NCBI GenBank assembly: GCA_052034135.1
Contig: JBPOJC010000013.1
Coordinates: forward strand, 62,538-126,537
Origin: Caldisericota bacterium
GTDB taxonomy: Bacteria; Caldisericota; Caldisericia; UBA6126; JAGPKI01
Direction of reading: 5' to 3'
Length of the DNA stretch: 64,000 nt
In this document: one piece after another, positions 43,053 to 52,088 of the stretch
Numbering within the stretch: position 1 is the first letter of the stretch
Layout of the letters: each line of letters starts with the position of its first letter
The notes under the pieces: model-generated
The model's database searches: none
What the model was told of the DNA's origin: nothing
The model's input: only the letters and a program-made list of their open reading frames with translations
Made by a program: the position numbers and the translations under genes

Positions 43053-44507
43053 TTAAGAAACCTCTTTGATTGCGTACTCAAGAGCTTCATCAATTAAACT
43101 TTGTGGTGGTTTCTTTATAAAACCACTTTCCATAAGAAAGTTTGTTAAATTTCTTGAATAATCTATATCTTCTTTTGCCCTATTATATGCTTCATCCCAA
43201 CTCATATTAACCCTTGCAACTCCATCAGCTATAGCCTGAGTTGCTACATCTGCTGCTTCATTTGGAAATACTCCTGCTTCTTCCATTGTTGGAAGAATAT
43301 TATCTAGATTAATTCCACGTTTCTCTGCAAAATTAGCAAGTGATTTTGCAGCAGCTATTGCCATATTATCAGTTATTTTGCTTGCTCTAACAAGAAGAGC
43401 TCCCTTTAAAATTCCTGGGAAACCTAAAGAATTATTAACTTGATTAGGGAAATCGCCTCTTCCTGTACCAATTATATATGCTCCGGCTTTCTTTGCTTCA
43501 TATGGGTATATTTCTGGTACAGGGTTTGCACAGGCAAATATTATAGGTTTATCATTCATTGCTTTAATCCATTCTGGTTTAACAACTCCCGGTCCGGGCT
43601 TTGAAAGAGAAATCAAAACGTCAGCACCTTTAATTGCTTCTTCAATCGTTTCAATTTTATTAGGATTTGTATTTTTGCAAATATCCCATTTTCTATAAAA
43701 TCTTTTGTCTTCTTCTATGTCTCTCCTCCCGCTATGAAGAGCACCCTTTGAGTCAAACATAATAGCTTTTTTAGGATCAGCGCCAGCAGCCAGATTCAAT
43801 CTTAAGCATGTTGTGTTAGATGATCCTGCACCAAAATATACAATTCTTACATCTTCTAATTTTTTATTAGCGAGCTTTAAAGAATTAAGTAGTCCAGCTA
43901 AAGTGACACAAGCAGTACCCTGCTGATCGTCATGCCAAACTGGTATTTCGCATTCTTCTCTTAATACATCAAGCACTTTATAGCAGTTAGGTTGAGATAT
44001 ATCTTCAAGATTTACTGCTCCAAAACTATATTGAACTCTTTTAACAAATTCAATTATTTTGTCAGGATCATTCTCACCCTTTTCATTTTTACTATCAATA
44101 CATAAAGCAACTGCATCCACTCCACCAAGGTATTTCATAAGAAGTGCTTTACCTTCCATAACTCCAAGCCCACCAGGAGGAGTAACATCTCCATCTCCAA
44201 GCACTCGAGTTGAGTCACTCACTACAGCAACAAGATTTCCTCTGTTTGATAAAGTAAATGATTCAAGATTATTATCTCTTATTGTTGTAGAGACTATAGA
44301 TACTCCAGGGGTATACCAGACATTAAACCAGTTAAACCCATAAAGTGATACTTTTGGAATAGTTTGAACTTTACCACCATAAAATCGGTGGGTGCTATCC
44401 GCCAACTTCTTATAAAAAATAGTTTGAGCTTTTGCGATCTGTTCATCTGTAAAGTTATCAGGAAAACATTTGCTAAGATTGCTTAAATCCGGATTAATTT
44501 TTTCCAT
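43053..44507 (-). CDS. maeB: NAD(P)-dependent malic enzyme (oxaloacetate-decarboxylating malate dehydrogenase).
   Basis: There is a strong colinear match to bacterial malic enzymes: YTPGV, VVSDGT.VLGLG-like VVSDSTRVLGDGDV, VMEGKA, NLEDI..PNC, HDDQQGTA, and the C-terminal GTGRGDFPNQVNN. Confidence 0.85.
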   Translation of the reverse strand: MEKINPDLSNLSKCFPDNFTDEQIAKAQTIFYKKLADSTHRFYGGKVQTIPKVSLYGFNWFNVWYTPGVSIVSTTIRDNNLESFTLSNRGNLVAVVSDSTRVLGDGDVTPPGGLGVMEGKALLMKYLGGVDAVALCIDSKNEKGENDPDKIIEFVKRVQYSFGAVNLEDISQPNCYKVLDVLREECEIPVWHDDQQGTACVTLAGLLNSLKLANKKLEDVRIVYFGAGSSNTTCLRLNLAAGADPKKAIMFDSKGALHSGRRDIEEDKRFYRKWDICKNTNPNKIETIEEAIKGADVLISLSKPGPGVVKPEWIKAMNDKPIIFACANPVPEIYPYEAKKAGAYIIGTGRGDFPNQVNNSLGFPGILKGALLVRASKITDNMAIAAAKSLANFAEKRGINLDNILPTMEEAGVFPNEAADVATQAIADGVARVNMSWDEAYNRAKEDIDYSRNLTNFLMESGFIKKPPQSLIDEALEYAIKEVS

Positions 44508-44536
44508 TTTTACCTCCTAAAATATTTAAATAAAAA

Positions 44537-46225
44537 TTATAACCCTGCTGGCATAAATGGATCAAAATCTTTATTATGCTCTTTAAGCAGGTCGATATTT
44601 CTATATTCAGGTAATAAGATTGGAGAGATTTTTTTTGAATCTATGCTTTCTTTTTTAAGCTCCTCTTCATAAGCCCAAACGTGATCAATGTTCAGTTTGC
44701 CTTTTAAATCTGTCTCCTTCGCTAATCTTGCTGCTTCAATTCCTGCTCTTCTTCCAAAAACATTATAATCAAGAACAGAATTACCCATTAACCTATTTCT
44801 ACCATGAACTCCTCCAGAACATTCTCCAGCTGTTAAAAGATTAGGAAGATTAGTTCTTGTCCATTCATCAATTTCTATTCCGCCATTTTGATAATGAAGT
44901 GTAGGATAGACAAGCATAGGCTCTTTTCTAATATCTATACCAAACCTCTGATATTGCCTTACCATAGCAGGGAAAGCCTTTTCAAGCGTTCCAGGACCCC
45001 TCAAGATTTCAATTATAGGCGAATCAAGCCATATTCCAACATAGCCATCAGGTGTAACTATACCCTTTCCGTCACTACACTCTTTAATAAATGCCGAGGA
45101 TTCAACATCTCTTGGCTCTAAAGGAAATACAAACAATTCTCCATCCTTATTAAGTGGTTGGCCACCAAAACTACGTATTTTTTCCGTTACCAAAAAGCCT
45201 AAAATTTGCTTAGGGTAAATTGAACCTGTCGGATGATACTGAACTGAATCCATATAAATTATTTTGGCTCCTGCTCTATAAGCCATTACCACACCATCCA
45301 TTGTAGCTCCGTAATGATTTGTAGTTTGATATCCTTTAATGTGCAATCTCCCAAAGCCACCCGTTGTCATAATGGTAACTTTTGCTTTTACCACTGTATA
45401 TTCACCAGTTTCCATATTAAACAATATTGCACCAGCTATTTTACCTTCATCATCTTTTATTAGTTCCACGGCAGGTGAATATTCCAAAATTTCTATTCCT
45501 TCAGGATGATTTCTCACTTCATCTCTAAGAACTCGCATTATTTCTGCGCCAGTATAATCTTTACAACAGAGCATTCTCCTCCTTGAAGCACCACCACCTG
45601 AATCTGTTTGGGGATTTCCATCAGGCAATTTATCCCACATAACCCCAAGGTCCTCGAGAAACTTTACAATAAATGGGGCTTCTTTTGTTAATGCTTTTAC
45701 AAGTTCTGGCTTATTGTCAAAGTGACCGCCTCCAATGGCATCAAGATAATGTATTAACGGAGAATCAGAAGGATTAATAGCTGCCTGCATTCCTCCTTGA
45801 GACATCATGGAGTTAGAATCTCCTATACGTAATTTATTAGAAATAATAACCTTAGCACCATTTTTATAAGCCCACAAGGCTGCCTGACAACCTGCGCCAC
45901 CACCACCTATTACTAAAACATCTGTTTCATAATCTACTGGATCAATAGAAAAATTGCGCGGCAATCTCGTATGACTTTCAAGGATATCCACCACTTCCGA
46001 AGTTAAATTTTCCCCCTTATTAGGACCAATTCTTATTATTTTTCTTGCATCTGGACTATAATCTGGGTGATAAGTTGAAAGAACCTTTTCCCTCTCCTCA
46101 GCACTCATAGGTTTTAAAAAGTTTTGTAAGCCCTTTTTAGCATATTCTACCCTCTTGGGGCGAGTTTCTTCAACTTTTTTTAATGATTCAAGCATATAAT
46201 CCGGGTATCCCACTTTTTCCTCCAT
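44537..46225 (-). CDS. Soluble fumarate reductase/succinate dehydrogenase flavoprotein-like subunit (TfrA/FrdA-like) with a ~95-aa N-terminal extension.
   Basis: It has the FAD motif DVLVIGGGGAGCQAA and the SdhA-like core GGG.SRRRMLCCKDYTG.EIM. The covalent-FAD His is replaced by Asn (DSNSMMSQGG), so FAD is predicted to be non-covalent, as in soluble Frd and TfrA. Confidence 0.75.
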   Translation of the reverse strand: MEEKVGYPDYMLESLKKVEETRPKRVEYAKKGLQNFLKPMSAEEREKVLSTYHPDYSPDARKIIRIGPNKGENLTSEVVDILESHTRLPRNFSIDPVDYETDVLVIGGGGAGCQAALWAYKNGAKVIISNKLRIGDSNSMMSQGGMQAAINPSDSPLIHYLDAIGGGHFDNKPELVKALTKEAPFIVKFLEDLGVMWDKLPDGNPQTDSGGGASRRRMLCCKDYTGAEIMRVLRDEVRNHPEGIEILEYSPAVELIKDDEGKIAGAILFNMETGEYTVVKAKVTIMTTGGFGRLHIKGYQTTNHYGATMDGVVMAYRAGAKIIYMDSVQYHPTGSIYPKQILGFLVTEKIRSFGGQPLNKDGELFVFPLEPRDVESSAFIKECSDGKGIVTPDGYVGIWLDSPIIEILRGPGTLEKAFPAMVRQYQRFGIDIRKEPMLVYPTLHYQNGGIEIDEWTRTNLPNLLTAGECSGGVHGRNRLMGNSVLDYNVFGRRAGIEAARLAKETDLKGKLNIDHVWAYEEELKKESIDSKKISPILLPEYRNIDLLKEHNKDFDPFMPAGL

Positions 46226-46921
46226 TTATGTTATATCAAAATTGAGATCTCTCTCAAAATATTTCTTCTTTAAATCCTCTTTGGGCATATTTGCTAATTC
46301 CTTATATCCCTCTTCGAATTTACCATCTTCTATCTCTTTAAGCCTTGTCTCAACAAATTTACCTTTTTTAGACAAATATTTCCCATAAATTCTTCTTGCA
46401 AGAAGTGCAACATTAAACTGTGTTATTTCTGCTGGACATCTTGCAGCACAAAGCCCACAAGCAAGGCAATCAAACGATAATTCAGAAACTTTTTCTATAT
46501 CTCCCTTTATTACTGCTTGAACATAATCCATTACTTGAATATCCTGCGGACAAATCTTTGTGCATGTATTACAAGAAAGACATTTAAAAGTTTCAGGATA
46601 ATATTCTAAAAAAACCTGAGGATCAGGCTCTAATTGGTCTAAGTTGTATATTGCTTTTGGATTTGGTACATAAGGTATCTGAACAATCTGCATATTTTCC
46701 TGCACTACTGTTTGGCATCCAAGTCCACCATGAAGTTTATAATCTTCAGGGAGCCTGTATATTGTAGCACATGCACCACAAAAACCTTCTCTGCATCCAA
46801 CTCCTTTCTTAAGTTTAAATCCTGCATATTCCATTGCCGTAATGATTGTTGAGCTTTCAGGAACATAATACTTTTTACTTAGAATGTAAATTGGTATTTT
46901 TTTTAAATTTATCTGTTCCAT
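46226..46921 (-). CDS. SdhB/FrdB-like iron-sulfur subunit (2Fe-2S plus 4Fe-4S/3Fe-4S).
   Basis: The N-terminal plant-type 2Fe-2S motif is CREGFCGAC...C. Two downstream cluster motifs are CLSCNTCTKICP and CLACGLCAARCP. Confidence 0.75.
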   Translation of the reverse strand: MEQINLKKIPIYILSKKYYVPESSTIITAMEYAGFKLKKGVGCREGFCGACATIYRLPEDYKLHGGLGCQTVVQENMQIVQIPYVPNPKAIYNLDQLEPDPQVFLEYYPETFKCLSCNTCTKICPQDIQVMDYVQAVIKGDIEKVSELSFDCLACGLCAARCPAEITQFNVALLARRIYGKYLSKKGKFVETRLKEIEDGKFEEGYKELANMPKEDLKKKYFERDLNFDIT

Positions 46922-47824
46922 TTAATTTGAAACTAACTCCTTTCTGTTTAATACTTTTTTGGGGTCGATATAATTTTGGTCAAATCCATATATCTCTTCG
47001 CCGAGATCAAATAAAAATGCCATTAATTGTGTAAAATAAAGAACTGGAATCGGTTCAAAGCCATGATGTAATTCAATAATATCTTTTTGCCTTCTATCAA
47101 GGTTAAACTGACAAAGCGGACAACTTGTAACAATGAGTTCAGCTCCACTTTTCTTTGCATTGTTTAAAATGTCATAGCTAAGTGAAGTTACAATCTCTTT
47201 ATCAGAAACAACCTGATAACTACCACAACATCTTGTCCTTAATGGATTATTAACGACAGTTACGGAAAGATTTGTTAATAAATTCTCCATAATCTTAGGA
47301 TCTTCTGGATCATCTATTCCAATCTCTTTTGGCCTTAAGAGAGTACAACCATAATAAGGAGAAACCTTTAGGTCTGGTAGAGGGTTTTTAATATTTTGCT
47401 GCAATTTTTCGGCTTCAATCTCTTTAAGCATTTCTAAAAAATGGACTACTTCCACATCCTGATAGTAATGCTCGATCTCTAAGTACATCACATCGTTAAT
47501 CTTTTCAAGGTCTTCTTTGTTCTTCCTCATTCTTAGATTTGACATCTTTAATGTATTAAAGCACATAGCACATAATGTAACCATTCTATATTCATTATCA
47601 ACGATTCCAGCCTTGTTCATTTCTTCTACCCGAATGAAATTTCTAATCGGTGCAAAATGCCTGATTAAATCATCCGAAGAAAGAGAAGGCACCGCTCCAC
47701 AGCAATTCCATCTTGGAATCTCTACAAATTCAATACCTAATATTTTAGCTACAGCGATAGAAGAAGTTTCAAAACTTTTTGCTTTTGTTTTTAAAGTACA
47801 CCCTGGATAATATGGTATTTTCAT
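46922..47824 (-). CDS. hdrB: HdrB-like / SdhE-like protein with two CCG domains.
   Basis: It has two Cys-rich CCG motifs (YYPGCTL...NCCGAVPS and YYGCTL...RCCGSYQ) plus CPLC. Its start and stop abut the neighbouring genes. Confidence 0.8.
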   Translation of the reverse strand: MKIPYYPGCTLKTKAKSFETSSIAVAKILGIEFVEIPRWNCCGAVPSLSSDDLIRHFAPIRNFIRVEEMNKAGIVDNEYRMVTLCAMCFNTLKMSNLRMRKNKEDLEKINDVMYLEIEHYYQDVEVVHFLEMLKEIEAEKLQQNIKNPLPDLKVSPYYGCTLLRPKEIGIDDPEDPKIMENLLTNLSVTVVNNPLRTRCCGSYQVVSDKEIVTSLSYDILNNAKKSGAELIVTSCPLCQFNLDRRQKDIIELHHGFEPIPVLYFTQLMAFLFDLGEEIYGFDQNYIDPKKVLNRKELVSN

Positions 47825-47839
47825 AAATCTCCCACTCCT

Positions 47840-48244
47840 TTAACTTGTAAACTTTCTAAAAGCTGCAACTACAGCAACTTGAGGTAAGATTTTCCTGTCT
47901 TTTTCATCAATGTTTTTGATATCTATTCTATCAATTGCCTTCCTTAACTTTATTTGCCTTAAAGCCTCTCCCACTTTTGCAACATCTATTCCTCTAGGAC
48001 ACCTTGTCGTACAGGTAAAGCAAGAAGCACAAATCCAGAAAGTCTTAGTGTCTAAGACCTCTTCATCTCCAAGCTCAACGAGTCTCATCATATTTGATGG
48101 TGTAATGTCCATTTCAGCCACGAGCGGACAACTGCCTGAGCAGGTTCCGCATTGCTCACATAGTGTTACAACTTCACCGCTTATTTCGTTAACCTTTTCT
48201 ATAAATTCTACGTTTTTGTCAGATAATATGAGTTTATTGGACAT
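47840..48244 (-). CDS. hdrC: HdrC-like 2x[4Fe-4S] ferredoxin subunit.
   Basis: There are two CxxCxxCxxxCP motifs (CEQCGTCSGSCP and CASCFTCTTRCP) in a 134-aa protein. Confidence 0.8.
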   Translation of the reverse strand: MSNKLILSDKNVEFIEKVNEISGEVVTLCEQCGTCSGSCPLVAEMDITPSNMMRLVELGDEEVLDTKTFWICASCFTCTTRCPRGIDVAKVGEALRQIKLRKAIDRIDIKNIDEKDRKILPQVAVVAAFRKFTS

Positions 48245-48245
48245 A

Positions 48246-50645
48246 TTAAGCTCCTATTCTCTCTGTAAATAATTCTTTTTCTGCAATCTCCCAGAGTCTC
48301 TCTCTTTTCTCTGTTGAAATGGGTTCTTCCTTTTTTAAAAACTTTGTAAGCTCAGTAATGTGTTTATAAAAGTCAGTTAATAGTGAAGCAAGTAATTCAG
48401 CAAATTTTAATCTTTCTGGAGATATACCTTCTTTATTAAGAATTTCTTTTACGAGAGAAACATTTGTTTTAATTTTATCAACAGATCCAGTATAAGGAGA
48501 CGCACGATCATCGCATTCACCTATAAAAATACCATCAGCACCAGACTTAAAAGCATATAAAATTAGCTTCGGCGTTATTCTACTTCCGCTTGGAACTCGT
48601 ATAATTCTTGTTTCAGCTGGATAAGAGAGTCTCGCAGTCCCTATGTTATCAGCAAGTCTATAGGTGCAGGTATTATCTGCAAAAACAAGGATTCTTATTT
48701 CACCTTCTTTTTTTGTTCTTAAAGCTTCATCTATTTGTTCCATTAATTGTTTATTAGTGTAGTATCGAAGGTCTAAAGCATCTTTTGGGCAATCCGCTAT
48801 ACACATACCGCAGCCCTTACATATAACTTCATTAATTTTAGCTTTTCCATTTTCAATCGAAATAGCTTTAAGTGGACAGCTATTTATGCATAACCCGCAT
48901 CCATCGCAAATATCATCATAAACAAAAGCGATAATTGGTTCTATTTCAAATACACTTTTATTCATAAGCCTCATTGCTCTTGAAGCAGAAGCACTCCCCT
49001 GAGCAACTGAATCAGGGATATCTTTAGGACCTTGAGCGCATCCTGCGATAAAAACACCATCGATAAGAGTGTCAACTGGTCTGAATTTAGGGTGAGCCTC
49101 TTGTAAGAAACCATCTGCACTTCTTGCAAGTTTAAGAATATCTGCAATTTTTTCACTTCCACTTGATGGAACAATGCCGGTTGACAAAACTACAAGGTCA
49201 AATTCTCCCTCTATCATCTTTCTACTTAAAGTATCTTCTGAAAGCAGATAAAGCTTTTTGGTTAAAGGGTCTTCTCGAATTTCTGCAACTCTACCACGAA
49301 TAAACTTTATTCCTTCGTTCTGAGCTCTCTTATAATACTCCTCAAAGCCTTTTCCATATGCACGTAAGTCTGTATAGAAAATATAAATGTCTCTTGATGG
49401 ATCAAGCCTTTTAAGTAATTGAGCAAGCTTTGTTGCATACATACAGCAAATTCTTGAGCAATTTTCTCTATCTATCTGCTCATCTCTTGAACCAACACAT
49501 TGTATAAAAGCAATTCTTTTCCCGATTGGCTTAAGTGGAGGACCGGAAGAACCAGTTGCAATAATCCTCTCAAGCTGAAGTGCAGTTAAAACATTGGAAT
49601 ATTTCCCAAAGCCATAAACCGGCTTTTTTTCAGGGTCAAATAATTCATAGCCTGTTGCTGTAATGATTGTATCAACATTAAAACTTATTAGTTCTTCTTT
49701 ATCATCAAAGTTTATTGCTCCCTGCGTACATAACTTTTCACATATACCGCAAATTTTGCCACCCTTGACAAGTCTTTTACAGTTTTTCTCATCAATTAAA
49801 TACTTTCTTGGTACTGCAACAGGATTTTGAACATATACTGCTTTTCTCAAAGATAGCCCTTCATTAAATTCATCTGGCACTTTAACAGGACATTTTTCAG
49901 CGCATATGCCGCAGGCAACACATTTGTCCATATCAATGTATCTTGGTTTCTTTCTGACGGTTACAGTAAAATTACCAAGATAACCTGTAATACTTTCTAT
50001 CTCGGAATAAGTCATGAGCTTTATATTGGGGTGCTCTGCACAATCAGCCAGTTTGGGACCTATGATACATGTAGCACAATCCTCTGTTGGGAATGTTTTT
50101 GATAGCTTTGCCATCTTTCCGCCAATTGCAGGTTCTTTCTCAACAAGGTAAACTTCAAAACCAGAATCACCTAAATCAAGGCTTGCTTGAACTCCAGTAA
50201 TTCCTCCGCCTATAACTAAAACTCGTTTCCCTATTGGTAATTTCTGCCTTTCAAGAGGAATATCCGATCTTACTTTAGCTATTGCCATATTAACAAGGTC
50301 TATTGCTTTGCTTGTAGCTGCGCCTTTACTGAAATGGCACCAGGAACATTGCTCTCTAATATTTGCCATTTCAAAGGTGTATGCATTTAATCCAGCTTTT
50401 TCAACTGTTTTCATAAATGTTTTTTCGTGAAAAAGAGGTGAACATGACGCAACAACTATATGATCAAGATTTTGCTCTTTAATATCATCAATAATGTATT
50501 TTTGACCCTCTTCTGAACACATGTGTTCGTTGTCTCTGACAAACACAACACCTTCTTTATCTTTTACACTTTCTGCAACTTTTTTAACATCAACAATATC
50601 AGAAATATTTCCGCCACAATGGCAGATATAAACGCCAATTCGCAT
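48246..50645 (-). CDS. hdrA: HdrA-like flavoprotein fused to a C-terminal MvhD-like domain (candidate electron-bifurcating subunit).
   Basis: The N-terminal Cys cluster is VYICHCGGNI and the FAD motif is VLVIGGGITGVQASLDLGDSGFEVYLVEKEP. There are several ferredoxin-type CxxCxxCxxxCP motifs. The C-terminal ~140 aa match MvhD (ILVFADNTC...GADGIFIGEC). It is 799 aa. Confidence 0.85.
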   Translation of the reverse strand: MRIGVYICHCGGNISDIVDVKKVAESVKDKEGVVFVRDNEHMCSEEGQKYIIDDIKEQNLDHIVVASCSPLFHEKTFMKTVEKAGLNAYTFEMANIREQCSWCHFSKGAATSKAIDLVNMAIAKVRSDIPLERQKLPIGKRVLVIGGGITGVQASLDLGDSGFEVYLVEKEPAIGGKMAKLSKTFPTEDCATCIIGPKLADCAEHPNIKLMTYSEIESITGYLGNFTVTVRKKPRYIDMDKCVACGICAEKCPVKVPDEFNEGLSLRKAVYVQNPVAVPRKYLIDEKNCKRLVKGGKICGICEKLCTQGAINFDDKEELISFNVDTIITATGYELFDPEKKPVYGFGKYSNVLTALQLERIIATGSSGPPLKPIGKRIAFIQCVGSRDEQIDRENCSRICCMYATKLAQLLKRLDPSRDIYIFYTDLRAYGKGFEEYYKRAQNEGIKFIRGRVAEIREDPLTKKLYLLSEDTLSRKMIEGEFDLVVLSTGIVPSSGSEKIADILKLARSADGFLQEAHPKFRPVDTLIDGVFIAGCAQGPKDIPDSVAQGSASASRAMRLMNKSVFEIEPIIAFVYDDICDGCGLCINSCPLKAISIENGKAKINEVICKGCGMCIADCPKDALDLRYYTNKQLMEQIDEALRTKKEGEIRILVFADNTCTYRLADNIGTARLSYPAETRIIRVPSGSRITPKLILYAFKSGADGIFIGECDDRASPYTGSVDKIKTNVSLVKEILNKEGISPERLKFAELLASLLTDFYKHITELTKFLKKEEPISTEKRERLWEIAEKELFTERIGA

Positions 50646-51211
50646 TAAACTTCCTCCAAAATTTGATACTTTTTTACACCTTCAGCATATAAATCTCTAC
50701 CAGTCGTATCTATGCCAACAATTACAGGAAAATCTTCTACATAAAATTCCATAATTGCTTCGGCTCCAAGATCCTCATAAGCGATAAGTTTGGCACTTTT
50801 AATTGCTTGAGCTAACAGCGCTCCAGCCCCACCTATGGCAATAAAATAAATTGCTTTGTTTTTTATGATAGAATCTATGACTTCTTTTTTTCTCTCACCT
50901 TTTCCAATCATACCTTTTAGCCCATTATCAAGAAGAATTGAAGTATAGGGATCCATACGAGAACTTGTTGTTGGTCCCGCAGAACCAACTGCCATTCCTG
51001 GCTTCGCAGGCGAAGGACCAACATAGTAAATAACTTGATTTTTTATGTCAAATGGAAGAGGTTTGTTAGATTTTACAAGTTCTACAAGTCTTTTGTGGGC
51101 TGCATCTCTTGCTGAATATATTTTTCCACTAAGTAGCACTTTATCGCCAATTTTTAAATTAACGATTTCATCCTCCACTAAGGGAGTATTTAACTTGATT
51201 TCATTTCCCAT
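50645..51211 (-). CDS. fumB: Class I fumarate hydratase (Fe-S hydro-lyase), beta subunit.
   Basis: The fumarase/tartrate-dehydratase beta-type domain is present (GKIYSARDAAHKRL, YYVGPSP, GKGER). Confidence 0.8.
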   Translation of the reverse strand: MGNEIKLNTPLVEDEIVNLKIGDKVLLSGKIYSARDAAHKRLVELVKSNKPLPFDIKNQVIYYVGPSPAKPGMAVGSAGPTTSSRMDPYTSILLDNGLKGMIGKGERKKEVIDSIIKNKAIYFIAIGGAGALLAQAIKSAKLIAYEDLGAEAIMEFYVEDFPVIVGIDTTGRDLYAEGVKKYQILEEV

Positions 51212-51230
51212 CTTTATTTAACTTCCCTTC

Positions 51231-52076
51231 TTATATAATTGCACTTTTATGTCTTGCAGCATGACATTGAATATTTACAGCAACTGGCATGCTTGCTATA
51301 TGACAGGGAAAAGTTAATATATTCACTGCTAAAGCAGTTGTCCTACCGCCAAGGCCCATTGGACCAATACCTAAATTGTTTATTTTATTAAGTAGTTCTT
51401 CCTCTACTGCTTTCCATATAGGATCAGGATTATCTTCATCCAAAGGTCTTAAAAGAGCTTTTTTCGAAAGTATTGCACATTGTTCGAAGTCTCCACCAAT
51501 GCCTACTCCAACAATTATCGGTGGACATGGATTACCTCCGGCTCTTTTCACTCTATCAACAACAAATTTCTTGATACCTTCAATACCATCTGCTGCTGTC
51601 ATCATTTTTACTTCACTCATATTTTCTGAGCCGCCACCCTTAGGGGCAAAATCTATTTTTATTTTTTCACCTGGAACAATTGTGGTATGTATTATAGCAG
51701 GAGTATTGTCCTTTGTATTTTTACGCTCAATCACTGGATCATCAACTAATGATTTCCTTAAATATCCCTCAGTGTAACCGAGCCTAACTCCTTCATTTAT
51801 CGCACTATAAAAATCTCCACCAACAATGTGAACATCTTGTCCAAGTTCAATAAAAAATAGAGCTACTCCAGTATCCTGACACATAGGTATTTGTAATTCG
51901 CTAGCAAGTTCATCATTTTTAATAATTTGAGAAAGTATTTCTTTGCCAACAGGAGACTCTTCTTTTTCCATAAATTCTCTAAGTTTTTTCATTAGATCAT
52001 CGTTTACATAGTAATTTGCATCAATGCAAAGCTTTTTTATAACAGGAATAATTTGAGAAACATCTATCTCTCTCAA
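51231..52076 (-). CDS. fumA: Class I fumarate hydratase (Fe-S hydro-lyase), alpha subunit.
   Basis: It has MCQDTG near the N-terminus and the catalytic Cys ligands. It pairs with the beta subunit immediately downstream. Confidence 0.8.
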   Translation of the reverse strand: MREIDVSQIIPVIKKLCIDANYYVNDDLMKKLREFMEKEESPVGKEILSQIIKNDELASELQIPMCQDTGVALFFIELGQDVHIVGGDFYSAINEGVRLGYTEGYLRKSLVDDPVIERKNTKDNTPAIIHTTIVPGEKIKIDFAPKGGGSENMSEVKMMTAADGIEGIKKFVVDRVKRAGGNPCPPIIVGVGIGGDFEQCAILSKKALLRPLDEDNPDPIWKAVEEELLNKINNLGIGPMGLGGRTTALAVNILTFPCHIASMPVAVNIQCHAARHKSAII

Positions 52077-52088
52077 TTTAGCACCCCT

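Noticed and set aside
44537-46921. The flavoprotein and Fe-S pair as adenylylsulfate reductase AprAB or as L-aspartate oxidase.
   Set aside because: The partner Fe-S protein has an N-terminal plant-type 2Fe-2S motif plus SdhB-type Cys clusters, not the 2x[4Fe-4S] ferredoxin of AprB. Adjacent fumarase and malic enzyme genes argue for fumarate as substrate.
50645-52076. The alpha/beta hydro-lyase pair as L(+)-tartrate dehydratase TtdAB or L-serine dehydratase rather than fumarase.
   Set aside because: The families cannot be fully separated by eye. Fumarase is favoured because the pair sits between malic enzyme and the fumarate reductase genes in one operon. Tartrate dehydratase remains a formal alternative.
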